NCBI RefSeq assembly: GCF_013365475.1
Contig: NZ_CP046579.1
Span: 300,001-332,000, forward strand
Direction of reading: 5' to 3'
Source of the DNA: Candidatus Saccharimonadota bacterium
Lineage (GTDB): Bacteria > Pseudomonadota > Alphaproteobacteria > Rickettsiales > Anaplasmataceae
DNA length: 32,000 nucleotides
A model generated the notes under the pieces. That model had not been told where the DNA came from, searched no databases, and saw only the letters and a list, made by a program, of their open reading frames with translations. The translations under genes and the position numbers were made by a program. Of this stretch, positions 11,439-20,710 are shown one piece after another (position 1 is the stretch's first letter; every line of letters begins with the position of its first letter).

Positions 11439-11555
11439 TTTTTGCTTTATTTTCCAAAGCTATTTAGATATTCATAAGAAAGAGGAGTGCTAATAACATC
11501 TAGTCGCATATCTACAAATATATATATAAAATAGCTTTGGAAAATAAAGCAAAAA
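11439..11555. repeat. Perfect 27-bp inverted repeat with a 63-nt spacer (117-bp palindromic element)
   Basis: The left arm tttttgctttattttccaaagctattt (11439-11465) is the exact reverse complement of the right arm aaatagctttggaaaataaagcaaaaa (11529-11555). It lies 50 bp downstream of the RNase J stop. There is no adjacent T-run on either strand. Confidence 0.9.
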
Positions 11556-11604
11556 TAATGAAGAGAAGTGAACGGTAGATGAACAGAAGTACACTTTACC
11601 AGTT

Positions 11605-13239
11605 TTACACCTGTTCTATTTGAACTTTAATTATGGGCTTTTTTAGTAGGTATTCATTTAGGATACTAAATATTGAACTCTCAATCTTATTTCTTATTTT
11701 CCTTGTTGACCTTGAACTAAACGCTGACTCAACTGCTTTTGTAATCCTCTGTATAATAGCTGCATCCTCTTTTGCTTCAAAAGCACCAGGTGTAAATACC
11801 TTTGGCTTAACAAGTAATTTATTTTTTTTATTGACAACTGCTGTCACTACAATAGCTCCTGCATCCCTCATCCTCTTACGCATTTTTATAACGCTACCTT
11901 CTGGGTAACGTAGCAATGTACCATCAATACAAAAATAATTAACGTCAATTGCATCAATCTTTTCTCCATTTTCTAAATTTACAATATCCCCTGGTGTAAT
12001 CATTATTGCTTTTTTCACACCGCACTCCTTCGCGAATTTTACATGTGCATGAGTATGAATATACTCTCCGTGTACTGGAATAGACATTTTTGGTTTTATC
12101 AAAGAATACATCTCCCTTAGTTCTGATTTTGTTGGATGTCCAGAAGAATGAATATGCTCTGTCTTTTCAGTAATAACTTCCACTCCCATCTCAACAAAAG
12201 CGTTGAGCATATTATGTACACGAGTTTCATTTCCAGGTATGATTCTTGATGAAAGGATTATTGTATCGCCCCGTTGTATTTTAAATGCATAGTGCCTCTT
12301 ATGAGCAAGTTTTGAGGTCGCTGCCATTGGTTCACCTTGACATCCAGTACAAATTAACAATAGCTTTTCTCTTGGTAGATCTGCTGCATCTTTTGCTTCA
12401 AAAAAATGAGCAGAATCGATTAAATATCCGCTATCTTGAGCAACTTTTACTATTCTCCATAAAGACCTGCCAAGTAAAACGACTTTTCTATCTAGTGCCT
12501 TTGCAGCCTGGCTTATCGTTTCAATTCGAGCAACATTTGAAGCGAAAAGTGATACAGCTACCAATTTTTTAGATTGCCTAATTATTCGGTAAATATTATC
12601 GTAAATTTCACCTTCTGACTTAGGATTACATTTACTTAGTATGTTTGTTGAATCGCAAATTACTGCAAGTAGATCGCCTTTATCACCAATCTCTCTTAGG
12701 CGATTTATGTTAGAAGTTAATCCAACAACAGGTTTGTGGTCGAATTTCCAGTCGCCAGTATGAAGCACGCTACCTATATCAGTGCTAATTAATATCGAAT
12801 GGGCTTCAGGAATTGAATGAGTTACATTTATGAACTCGACAGTAAAGGGACCTAAATTTAGGCTACTGTTTGTATTCACCTCTCTTACAGGTACCATACT
12901 TTCCAATTGAAACTCCTTTAACTTCTCCTTGAGGAAATTAGCTGTAAAGTTCGTTGCATATATAGGACATTGCAATTCTTCCCATAGATAGGGAATTGCA
13001 CCGCAGTGATCTTCGTGTGCGTGTGTGATTATTATTCCAAGTAAGTCCTTTTTTCTTTGAGCAATAAAGCTTACATCAGCGATGAGAAGTTCGATACCAG
13101 GCGTAGTTTCGTCAGCAAAGCCAATGCCAAGATCAATCATGATCCACTTGCTTTGACAGTGATATAAACTAACATTCATTCCAATTCTGCCTACTCCTCC
13201 AAGTGGGAGGAATAAAAACTCGTTTTTGCTTATGTTCAT
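11605..13239 (-). CDS. rnj: Ribonuclease J (metallo-beta-lactamase / beta-CASP RNA-metabolising hydrolase)
   Basis: It has the HxHxDH motif (ITHAHEDHCGAIP), downstream beta-CASP-like motifs (HTGDWKFD, SSGH, VHGE), and a length of about 545 aa. The ORF track begins at TTG 13272. The first ATG is 13239 (MNISKNEFLFLPLGG), so the start is uncertain by 11 codons. Confidence 0.85.
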   Translation of the reverse strand: MNISKNEFLFLPLGGVGRIGMNVSLYHCQSKWIMIDLGIGFADETTPGIELLIADVSFIAQRKKDLLGIIITHAHEDHCGAIPYLWEELQCPIYATNFTANFLKEKLKEFQLESMVPVREVNTNSSLNLGPFTVEFINVTHSIPEAHSILISTDIGSVLHTGDWKFDHKPVVGLTSNINRLREIGDKGDLLAVICDSTNILSKCNPKSEGEIYDNIYRIIRQSKKLVAVSLFASNVARIETISQAAKALDRKVVLLGRSLWRIVKVAQDSGYLIDSAHFFEAKDAADLPREKLLLICTGCQGEPMAATSKLAHKRHYAFKIQRGDTIILSSRIIPGNETRVHNMLNAFVEMGVEVITEKTEHIHSSGHPTKSELREMYSLIKPKMSIPVHGEYIHTHAHVKFAKECGVKKAIMITPGDIVNLENGEKIDAIDVNYFCIDGTLLRYPEGSVIKMRKRMRDAGAIVVTAVVNKKNKLLVKPKVFTPGAFEAKEDAAIIQRITKAVESAFSSRSTRKIRNKIESSIFSILNEYLLKKPIIKVQIEQV

Positions 13240-13462
13240 TAATTTAAAATTATTAAAATTTGAAGATAGCAAAACTTTAGCTCTAAATAAAGGAGTTTAT
13301 TGTTTTGCAAAAGTTCCAAGCTTAAAAGCTTTAGCTCTATTGATAGACTTATGCTCAGTCAAGTTTACGATATGTTTCATGACTTCAGAAGTTGATTTTT
13401 TTAGCAGTAATACCTTGACTTTGCTTAATTAGTATTTCAAATTTTAGGAAATAAATGGTTCT

Positions 13463-14254
13463 ATGACGGCAACTTTATTGAAAAGTAAAAAGGGATTGGT
13501 AACTGGAATAACGAATAGGAGATCGATAGCCTATGGTATAGCAAAAATTCTCTCAGAACACGGAGCTGAGCTCGCAATCACCTACCAAAATGAAACAGTA
13601 AAAGAGAGATTATTGCCAATAGCAATTGAACTGAATGTGGAATTAGTACTGAGTTGTGATGTTGCGAATGAAGTAACTATAGATGCTGTTTTTAAAGCAG
13701 TAGAAAAAAAATGGGGCACTCTCGATTTTTTGGTACATGCGATTGCATTTTCTGATAAAAGTGAATTAAGTAGTAAGTATGTTAATACTTCATTAAACAA
13801 CTTTCTCAATGCAATGCATATATCTTGCTATTCTTTTACTGCTCTGGCTCAAAGAGCTGAGAAAATGATGCGAAATATTGGTAGTTTGCTTACTTTATCC
13901 TATTATGGTGCTGAAAAGGTTATACCGAACTACAATGTTATGGGTTTGTGTAAAGCTGCACTTGAAGCAAGTGTAAAATATCTAGCCTATGACTTAGGCC
14001 CTAAGAACATTAGAGTTAACGCTATCTCTGCCGGTCCAGTTAGGACTTTAGCATCTTCTGGAATAAGTGATTTCCACTTCATATCAAAATGGAACAAAAA
14101 CAATGCTCCACTTAGACGTAACGTTACAATAGAGGATATTGGAAAAGCAGCATTATACTTACTGAGTGACTTAAGTAGTGGTACTACTGGAGAAATTCTG
14201 CACGTTGATTCAGGGTATAATATAGTAGGAATGAAGGTAATTGATTCAAATTAG
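13463..14254 (+). CDS. fabI: Enoyl-[acyl-carrier-protein] reductase (NADH)
   Basis: 263 aa. It has an SDR fold with the FabI-type N-terminus (GLVTGITNRRSIAYGIAK), the catalytic Tyr-x6-Lys region (SYYGAEKVIPNYNVMGLCKAALE), and IRVNAISAGPVRTLA. Confidence 0.93.
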   Translation: MTATLLKSKKGLVTGITNRRSIAYGIAKILSEHGAELAITYQNETVKERLLPIAIELNVELVLSCDVANEVTIDAVFKAVEKKWGTLDFLVHAIAFSDKSELSSKYVNTSLNNFLNAMHISCYSFTALAQRAEKMMRNIGSLLTLSYYGAEKVIPNYNVMGLCKAALEASVKYLAYDLGPKNIRVNAISAGPVRTLASSGISDFHFISKWNKNNAPLRRNVTIEDIGKAALYLLSDLSSGTTGEILHVDSGYNIVGMKVIDSN

Positions 14255-14335
14255 ATCCAAAGTTAAGCAAGAAAAAAGGTCTTTTGAAAACTTGTGATAT
14301 AATTTATAATCATTTGTATAAGTCTTAAGTACTTT

Positions 14336-14818
14336 ATGCTCAGGAAATTGGTTCGTTATTGGTTCTTTGTAGAGTTAATTAAAGGTTTCGCTATTACATT
14401 GAAATACATGTTCAAGTCAAAGGTTACTCTGAAGTATCCTATGGAAAAGGGTCATCTAAGCGCAAGATTTCGTGGTGAGCATGCGTTACGTAAGTATCCA
14501 AATGGTCAGGAACGATGTATAGCTTGTAAGTTATGCGAGGTTGTCTGTCCTGCTCAAGCAATAGTTATCGAAGCAGAAGAAAAAGAAGATGGAAGTCGTT
14601 GTACCACACGTTATGATATTGACATGACAAAGTGTATATACTGTGGACTTTGTCAAGAAGCATGTCCAGTTGATGCAATTGTTGAAGGTCCTAATTTTGA
14701 GTTTGCAACAGAAACAAGGAAGGAGCTAATATACAACAAGGAAAAATTATTGCACAATGGTGAAATCTGGGAGAAAGCAATTCAACTTAAGTTGAAAAAG
14801 AATAGGCCTTATTTCTAA
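14336..14818 (+). CDS. nuoI: NADH-quinone oxidoreductase subunit I
   Basis: 160 aa with two 4Fe-4S ferredoxin motifs, [12 protein letters not shown] and [12 protein letters not shown], and the typical RFRGEHALR segment. Confidence 0.95.
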   Translation: MLRKLVRYWFFVELIKGFAITLKYMFKSKVTLKYPMEKGHLSARFRGEHALRKYPNGQERCIACKLCEVVCPAQAIVIEAEEKEDGSRCTTRYDIDMTKCIYCGLCQEACPVDAIVEGPNFEFATETRKELIYNKEKLLHNGEIWEKAIQLKLKKNRPYF

Positions 14819-14823
14819 AACAG

Positions 14824-16725
14824 ATGATAAAAGTTACATTCTCAGCTGGGAAAGAAGTAGGAAAATATAACAGCAAAGTTACTGGTTTTGATATATTACA
14901 GCTAGATATTTTGAAGGAAGCTATTGCCTTGAGGGTAAATGGGGAATTGTATGATCTCTCGCGAGAAATCGAATCTAATGCAGAAGTAGAGGTAATACAA
15001 TTTGGTGATGAAATAGCTTTAGATATAATAAGGCATGATGCTGCACATATAATGGCCCAAGCGGTGAAGGAGCTTTTCTGTAATACTCAAACTGCTGTTG
15101 GAATAACAACTAAGGATGGCTTTTACTATGATTTTGCTACAGATTGCACCTTTACTATGGATGATCTCAGTAAAATAGAGAAAAGAATGGAGGAAATCAT
15201 AAAAGGTGACTGCAGATTTATCCGAGAGGTTTGGACTCACAAAGAAGCGATTGATTTTTTTAGTAGTGTAGGCGAGAGATATAAAGTTGATATTATTTCT
15301 TTCATACCAAAAAGTGAAGATATAACTGTTTATAGACAAGGCAATTTCATTGACTTATGTCGCGGTCCACACTCTCCTTCAACTGGTAGAGTTAAAGCAT
15401 TTAAACTTATGAAAGTTGCAGGAGTACATTGGCGTGGAGATTCTCATGGTCCAATATTACAGAGAATATATGGTACTGCATGGAGAGATAAAGGTGAATT
15501 AAATGCTTATCTTAAGCGTCTAGAAGAAGCAGAAAAACGAGACCACCGCAGGATCGCTAAAGATATGGACTTATTCCATATTCAAGAAGAAGCTGCTGGA
15601 CAGGTTTTTTGGCATGAACAGGGATGTATCTTATACAATCTGCTCGAATCTTATATGAGAAAGAAATTAGTAGATAATGGTTATTTTGAAGTAAAAACTC
15701 CAATTTTAATAAGCAAAGAACTGTGGGAAAAGTCTGGACATTGGGATAAGTTTCGCGACAATATGTTTATTGTTGATGAAGTTAAAAATAAAAAGCTAGC
15801 AATAAAGCCTATGAATTGTCCTTGTCATGTACAGATTTTTAACTCACGCATCAGAAGTTATCGTGATTTACCAATACGTATGGCAGAATTTGGAGTGTGT
15901 CATAGGAATGAAAGTTCAGGTTCATTGCATGGGCTGATGAGGGTACGTGGCTTTACACAAGATGATGCACACATTTTTTGCATGGAAGAACAAATCAATT
16001 CTGAAACTGTAATGTTTTGCAACCTTTTGAAAGAAGTATACTCAGAGCTAGGATTTAACGAAATTTCTCTAAAATTCTCAGATCGCCCAAGTATTAGGGC
16101 AGGGAATAGTGAGGTATGGAATAAAGCTGAAGAAGCGCTGCTAGAAGCTGTTAAGAAAGCAGGGCTCAGTTATAAGCTAAATCCAGGTGAAGGTGCATTT
16201 TATGGTCCAAAGTTGGAGTTTATTTTAAAAGATGCAATAGGCAGAAGCTGGCAGTGTGGGACGTTACAGGTAGATTTTATTTTACCAGAACATCTCGGAG
16301 CTTTTTATATAGGAGAGGATGGGCAAAAGCATCACCCTGTTATATTACACAGAGCGATTCTTGGAACATTTGAACGTTTTATTGGCATCCTGATAGAACA
16401 TCATGCGGGACAGTTTCCATTGTATCTCGCTCCAATACAGCTTGCTATCCTAACCGTTACACATGAAGCTAATAGCTATGCTAAGGAAATTAACAGTATT
16501 TTAAAAAGGCATGGTATTAGAGTTAAAATGGATTTAACAAATGAGAAAATTAGTTATAAAATACGCTTGTATAGCTCAAGTAAGGTTCCTATATTATGGA
16601 TAGTTGGTAAAGATGAAGTTGCAAATAGAACGGTATCGGTAAGGAATTTAGGGTCGGATAGGCAACAGTCCTTTTCTTATAAAGAAGCTACTGAGCTCTT
16701 ATTAAGAGGTATTAATTTAAGTTAA
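14824..16725 (+). CDS. thrS: Threonine--tRNA ligase
   Basis: 633 aa with a TGS-like N-terminus, the editing-domain signature IRHDAAH, class II motifs ([34 protein letters not shown]) and a C-terminal anticodon-binding domain. It starts 5 nt after the nuoI stop. Confidence 0.97.
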   Translation: MIKVTFSAGKEVGKYNSKVTGFDILQLDILKEAIALRVNGELYDLSREIESNAEVEVIQFGDEIALDIIRHDAAHIMAQAVKELFCNTQTAVGITTKDGFYYDFATDCTFTMDDLSKIEKRMEEIIKGDCRFIREVWTHKEAIDFFSSVGERYKVDIISFIPKSEDITVYRQGNFIDLCRGPHSPSTGRVKAFKLMKVAGVHWRGDSHGPILQRIYGTAWRDKGELNAYLKRLEEAEKRDHRRIAKDMDLFHIQEEAAGQVFWHEQGCILYNLLESYMRKKLVDNGYFEVKTPILISKELWEKSGHWDKFRDNMFIVDEVKNKKLAIKPMNCPCHVQIFNSRIRSYRDLPIRMAEFGVCHRNESSGSLHGLMRVRGFTQDDAHIFCMEEQINSETVMFCNLLKEVYSELGFNEISLKFSDRPSIRAGNSEVWNKAEEALLEAVKKAGLSYKLNPGEGAFYGPKLEFILKDAIGRSWQCGTLQVDFILPEHLGAFYIGEDGQKHHPVILHRAILGTFERFIGILIEHHAGQFPLYLAPIQLAILTVTHEANSYAKEINSILKRHGIRVKMDLTNEKISYKIRLYSSSKVPILWIVGKDEVANRTVSVRNLGSDRQQSFSYKEATELLLRGINLS

Positions 16726-16737
16726 AGGAGTTAAAAC

Positions 16738-17246
16738 TTGCAAATCAAAAAAAATAGAGTTAATGAACTTATTACTGCTAAAGAGGTACGCTTAATTGAT
16801 CAGAATGGCAACATGGTTGGTGTGATGGCAATAGGGCAAGCTTTGGAATCTGCACAAAATGTTAATTTAGATTTAGTGGAAATTGTGCCTAATTTGATTC
16901 CCCCGATATGTAAAATTTTGAATTATAGCAAGCAAAAATACGATGCAAAAAAAAAGCAAGTGAAGCAAAAAAGAAGCAAAAGATATTAACTGTAAAGGAA
17001 ATTAAGTTAGGTCCTAATATTGGTGATCATGACTATGAAACAAAATTACGTCAAGTAAGGGATTTTCTTATACATGGGCATAAAATCAAAGTCACAATGA
17101 AATTTAGAGGTAGAGAGCTCATAAACACTGAAGTTGGGCTGGATAAATTCAAACGGTTGATTAGGGATACTGAAGATATTGCAAGAGTAGAATTAGCACC
17201 TAAACAGGAAGGGAATCAATATTTTCTATCTTTGGCTGCTAAATAG
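16738..17246 (+). CDS. infC: Translation initiation factor IF-3, reading frame broken at an A9 run (16947-16955)
   Basis: TTG start 7 nt after an AAGGAG. The N-domain (ELITAKEVRLIDQNGNMVGVMAIGQALESAQNVNLDLVEIVPNLIPPICKILNY) is in one frame with a premature TAA at 16987-16989. The linker and C-domain (ASEAKKKQKILTVKEIKLGPNIGDHDYETKLRQVRDFL...KFRGREL...) are in the frame reached by adding one A to the A9 run, ending at TAG 17244-17246. The restored product would be about 169 aa. Confidence 0.85.
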
Positions 17247-17249
17247 AAG

Positions 17250-17282
17250 TACTCTACCTATAGTAGAGTAGAACCGTTTTTT
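17250..17282 (+). terminator. Possible intrinsic terminator after infC
   Basis: 8-bp stem tactctac (17250-17257) / gtagagta (17263-17270) with a 5-nt loop, then gaaccg and a T6 run (17277-17282). The 6-nt gap between stem and T-run is non-canonical. Confidence 0.4.
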
Positions 17283-17405
17283 AATTTCACTTAGATCACA
17301 AAATATTCCAATTTTATCAATTGGACTAGAGATTTGTGTAGAAATATAACCAAATATATTGGAATTAAAATACCCAAGGTACAAAAGATGATAGAAAGGG
17401 AAGAT

Positions 17406-18662
17406 TTACCAATCAACTTTTTTATCATTATCTTTAATTTGTAGCACAGATATCAAGCTAATTAGTGCGCAGATGGCAAGGTAGATGCCGGCTGCGAATT
17501 TTGTTTCAGCTTTTTCTATAAGCCATATGCATACAGATGGAGAAATACCACCGGAAACTCCTGCAGATATATTATGAGCTAAACTAAAGCCAGTGCACCT
17601 AACTTTTGTGGGGAATAACTCACAAACAAGAGAATTGTATATTCCAAAGGATGCACCTATTGGTATACTTATTAATAGAAAAGTGAATGTTACAATGTAA
17701 TGGTTATTGTGTGACAATAGTGGAAAAACCAATAAACTAGTACAAGCCAAAGTTGTTAACGTAGGAATCATTACATTTTTTCTTCCGATTTTATCAGATA
17801 GTGTTGCAAGCAACACTGCAGACACTCCAAATGTAGCTTCAACTATGATTCTTACTGCATTTTTAATATCAATACCTAAAAAAACAAGTCCTTTTACAGA
17901 TGTGTTATAAAACATAATTGCTGAATAGGCAATTGCATTTTGGGCAATGCCAAGACCAATCGCTATTGCAAGTGTTCTTTTATATTTCTTAAGTAGCTCT
18001 ATGCATGGTGGATGGAACAGATTTTGACTGTGCATTTTGTATGCTAAGCTCTCCTCTATTATGTACCTTATTAAAAATCCTATTATGCCCATGATAGACG
18101 AGAAATAGAAAAGCAACCTCCAACCCCAAACTTCATAATTTTCACCTGTGAATTTTTTGCAAACAGCTATCATTATAAAGCATGTAATAGAGCCAAGCGC
18201 GCCACTGAAAGCTTTCATGCTACCTAAAAACCCTAGATTTCTTTTGTTATTTGAATGTTCTATTAAAAAAGCAGAATTGATACTTGTTTCTCCACCTGTT
18301 GCCATTCCTTGTATTATTCTGCAAAACAGTAGTAATATGGAGGAAAATATCCCTATCTCTTTTGCACTAGGTATTACTGCAATTGCAGTGGATGATATTG
18401 AGGCTAATATTACAGAAGCTAGCAAAATTTTTCTTCTGCCATATTTATCTCCAATGTACCCAAAAACAAATGCACCTAGTGGCCTAAACCAAAACCCAAT
18501 TGCAAAACTGACAAGAAACTTAATTTTTTTTACATATTCGCTTTCTGATGAAAAAAAAACATTGCTTATTGTATGCATTAAAACTCCAAATAGAGTTAAC
18601 TCATACCATACAATCATGTTACAGATTATACCAGATAGTATTGCTTTTTGGATATTGTTCAC
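17406..18662 (-). CDS. MFS transporter, metabolite:H+ symporter family (ProP-like proline/betaine transporter)
   Basis: 418 aa and about 12 predicted hydrophobic segments. It has MHS-family signatures RPLGAFVFGYIGDKYGRRKIL, QGMATGGE and WGWRLLF. It lies 32 bp downstream of aspS on the same strand. Confidence 0.85.
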   Translation of the reverse strand: MNNIQKAILSGIICNMIVWYELTLFGVLMHTISNVFFSSESEYVKKIKFLVSFAIGFWFRPLGAFVFGYIGDKYGRRKILLASVILASISSTAIAVIPSAKEIGIFSSILLLFCRIIQGMATGGETSINSAFLIEHSNNKRNLGFLGSMKAFSGALGSITCFIMIAVCKKFTGENYEVWGWRLLFYFSSIMGIIGFLIRYIIEESLAYKMHSQNLFHPPCIELLKKYKRTLAIAIGLGIAQNAIAYSAIMFYNTSVKGLVFLGIDIKNAVRIIVEATFGVSAVLLATLSDKIGRKNVMIPTLTTLACTSLLVFPLLSHNNHYIVTFTFLLISIPIGASFGIYNSLVCELFPTKVRCTGFSLAHNISAGVSGGISPSVCIWLIEKAETKFAAGIYLAICALISLISVLQIKDNDKKVDW

Positions 18663-18694
18663 ACTTTCTCAGACAATATAATCATAGAATGATA

Positions 18695-20497
18695 TCAATC
18701 GATAACCTGCAGGGATAGTTCATTTAAATGTTTACTTTTTATTCTAGAAGGAGCACCCATTAGAACATCTTCACCTTGTTGATTCATAGGGAAACAGATC
18801 ACTTCACGAATAGTTGGCTCATTAGCAAGCATCATAACTATTCTATCAATTCCTGGTGCTATCCCACCATGAGGTGGTACTCCAAATCTGAATGCACGCA
18901 CAAGTGCGCTAAATTTTGTATCAACTTCTTCTTTGCTATAGCCTGAAATAGAGAAAGCTTTATACATAACGTCTAGCTTGTTATTGCGAATTGCTCCACT
19001 TGACAGTTCTACCCCATTGCAAACAAGATCATATTGATAAGCGAGAATATTGAGTGGATTTTTTTCCTCCAGGTCATGCAAGCCACCATGTGGCATAGAG
19101 AATGGATTGTGAAAAAAGTTGATTTTTTTATTTTTACTGTCGTATCCAAAATATGGAAAGTCAATAACCCAACAGAACTTGAAAATATTTTCATCTATGA
19201 GACCTAATTCTGATCCTAAAAGGGTACGTACTTTTCCTGCAATTGTTGCTGCCTCATTTTCTTTATCAGAGGCAAAAAATATACTATCTCCAGGCTTTAT
19301 GTTTGTTACTTCTTGTATATGATCTAGCGTTTTTTTATCAAAGAATTTAGAAATTGATCCTTTTGTTGTGCCATCTTTATTAAACGTTATGTACCCAAGA
19401 CCTTTAGCACCGAACTCTTTTTGTGCGTGCTTTGTTTTTTTTTCAAAAAAACTACGTGATTCCTCTGCTGTTTTAGGAGCAGGAATAGCTCTAATTACCA
19501 TGCCTTGCTCGATATTGCTTTTGAAGATACTGAACCCTGAATCACGGAAAACTTCCGTAACATCGCTTATTAATAGTGGGTTACGTAAATCTGGTTTATC
19601 AGAGCCATATTTAAGCATTGCCTCTTTGTATGTAATGCGTGGAAAATTCTTATCAACTGACTTGCGAGAAAATTTAGTGAACAATTCATATAAGGTAGCT
19701 TCCATAACATAGAATATATCTTCTTGTGTCACGAAAGACATTTCAAGATCTAGTTGATAAAATTCTCCTGGAGAACGGTCAGATCTTGCGTCTTCATCAC
19801 GGAAGCATGGTGCAATTTGAAAATATTTATCGAACCCTGATACCATGAGCAATTGCTTGAAAATCTGAGGAGCTTGTGGTAATGCATAGAACTTGCCAGG
19901 ATTTAGTCTGCTTGGTACTAAATAGTCACGTGCTCCTTCAGGTGATGAAGCAGTAAGTATTGGGGTTTGAATCTCTAGAAAACCTTGTTCTATCATGAGT
20001 TTACGTAGCTCTGCAATAATTTGCGATCGCAAGATAATGTTATTACGAACTTTTTCTCGTCTCAAATCAAGGAACCGGTATTTATATCTCATATTTTCTG
20101 AGTATTCTTGCTTGCCAGAGATGCTTGCTAATAAGCTTTTTTCTTCTTTCGCTATTTCTTCATTATAATGGAACTCTACTTCAGATTCAACGTGCAAGTT
20201 ACTAACTATAACCTCAACTTCTCCTGTGGGGATAGAGCTGTTTACTTTATCTTTAGTTCTGGCCTTGACTGTTCCTATAACAGTAATTACACTCTCCTGT
20301 TTTAAACTTGAAATTCTATCAAAAAATTTCTTGTCATTGTTAAATACTAGCTGAGTAGTTCCATAGAAGTCTCTTAAGTCAACAAAAATTAGGTTACCGT
20401 GATTGCGCTTGCGATATAGCCATCCAGAAAGGGTAACTTCCTTTTCTATATCTTCCTTCCTCAATTCATTGCATGTATGAGTTTTATAGCAGTTCAT
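18695..20497 (-). CDS. aspS: Aspartate--tRNA ligase (bacterial type, probably non-discriminating)
   Basis: The OB-fold N-terminus ([41 protein letters not shown]), class II motif 2 ([21 protein letters not shown]) and motif 3 ([12 protein letters not shown]) are all present. The longest ORF begins at 20518 (MKYCSIN). ATG 20497 (MNCYKTHTC) matches the usual AspRS N-terminus better. Confidence 0.96.
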   Translation of the reverse strand: MNCYKTHTCNELRKEDIEKEVTLSGWLYRKRNHGNLIFVDLRDFYGTTQLVFNNDKKFFDRISSLKQESVITVIGTVKARTKDKVNSSIPTGEVEVIVSNLHVESEVEFHYNEEIAKEEKSLLASISGKQEYSENMRYKYRFLDLRREKVRNNIILRSQIIAELRKLMIEQGFLEIQTPILTASSPEGARDYLVPSRLNPGKFYALPQAPQIFKQLLMVSGFDKYFQIAPCFRDEDARSDRSPGEFYQLDLEMSFVTQEDIFYVMEATLYELFTKFSRKSVDKNFPRITYKEAMLKYGSDKPDLRNPLLISDVTEVFRDSGFSIFKSNIEQGMVIRAIPAPKTAEESRSFFEKKTKHAQKEFGAKGLGYITFNKDGTTKGSISKFFDKKTLDHIQEVTNIKPGDSIFFASDKENEAATIAGKVRTLLGSELGLIDENIFKFCWVIDFPYFGYDSKNKKINFFHNPFSMPHGGLHDLEEKNPLNILAYQYDLVCNGVELSSGAIRNNKLDVMYKAFSISGYSKEEVDTKFSALVRAFRFGVPPHGGIAPGIDRIVMMLANEPTIREVICFPMNQQGEDVLMGAPSRIKSKHLNELSLQVID

Positions 20498-20710
20498 ATT
20501 TATTGAGCAGTATTTCAAAAAAGTATAAAAGTAAAACTTATCGCATACAAGCTTATTTGCTTAGATGTTTATGTAATTTCATGGTAGAGAAAAAGTTTTA
20601 AAATCTGATTACTCAATATTATCTTTTATGCTACTCTGCTTATATAAAAATTGTGATGTTACTATAATTAAGGTATGATTATATGTACTGTTTCAATGAG
20701 CTAGATAATA

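Noticed and set aside
18148-18681. 177-aa ORF on the + strand, plus similar ORFs at 7620-8009, 9011-9382, 9566-9934, 11633-11908, 12285-12572, 13582-13809, 15019-15339, 17707-17910, 19009-19712, 21085-21804, 23103-23432, 25806-26024 and 30755-31042
   Set aside because: All lie antisense to, or out of frame within, strongly supported conserved genes (MFS transporter, nth, nuoF, rnj, fabI, thrS, aspS, ccmA, pccB, pdxH, nuoD). They have shadow-ORF composition with no motifs.
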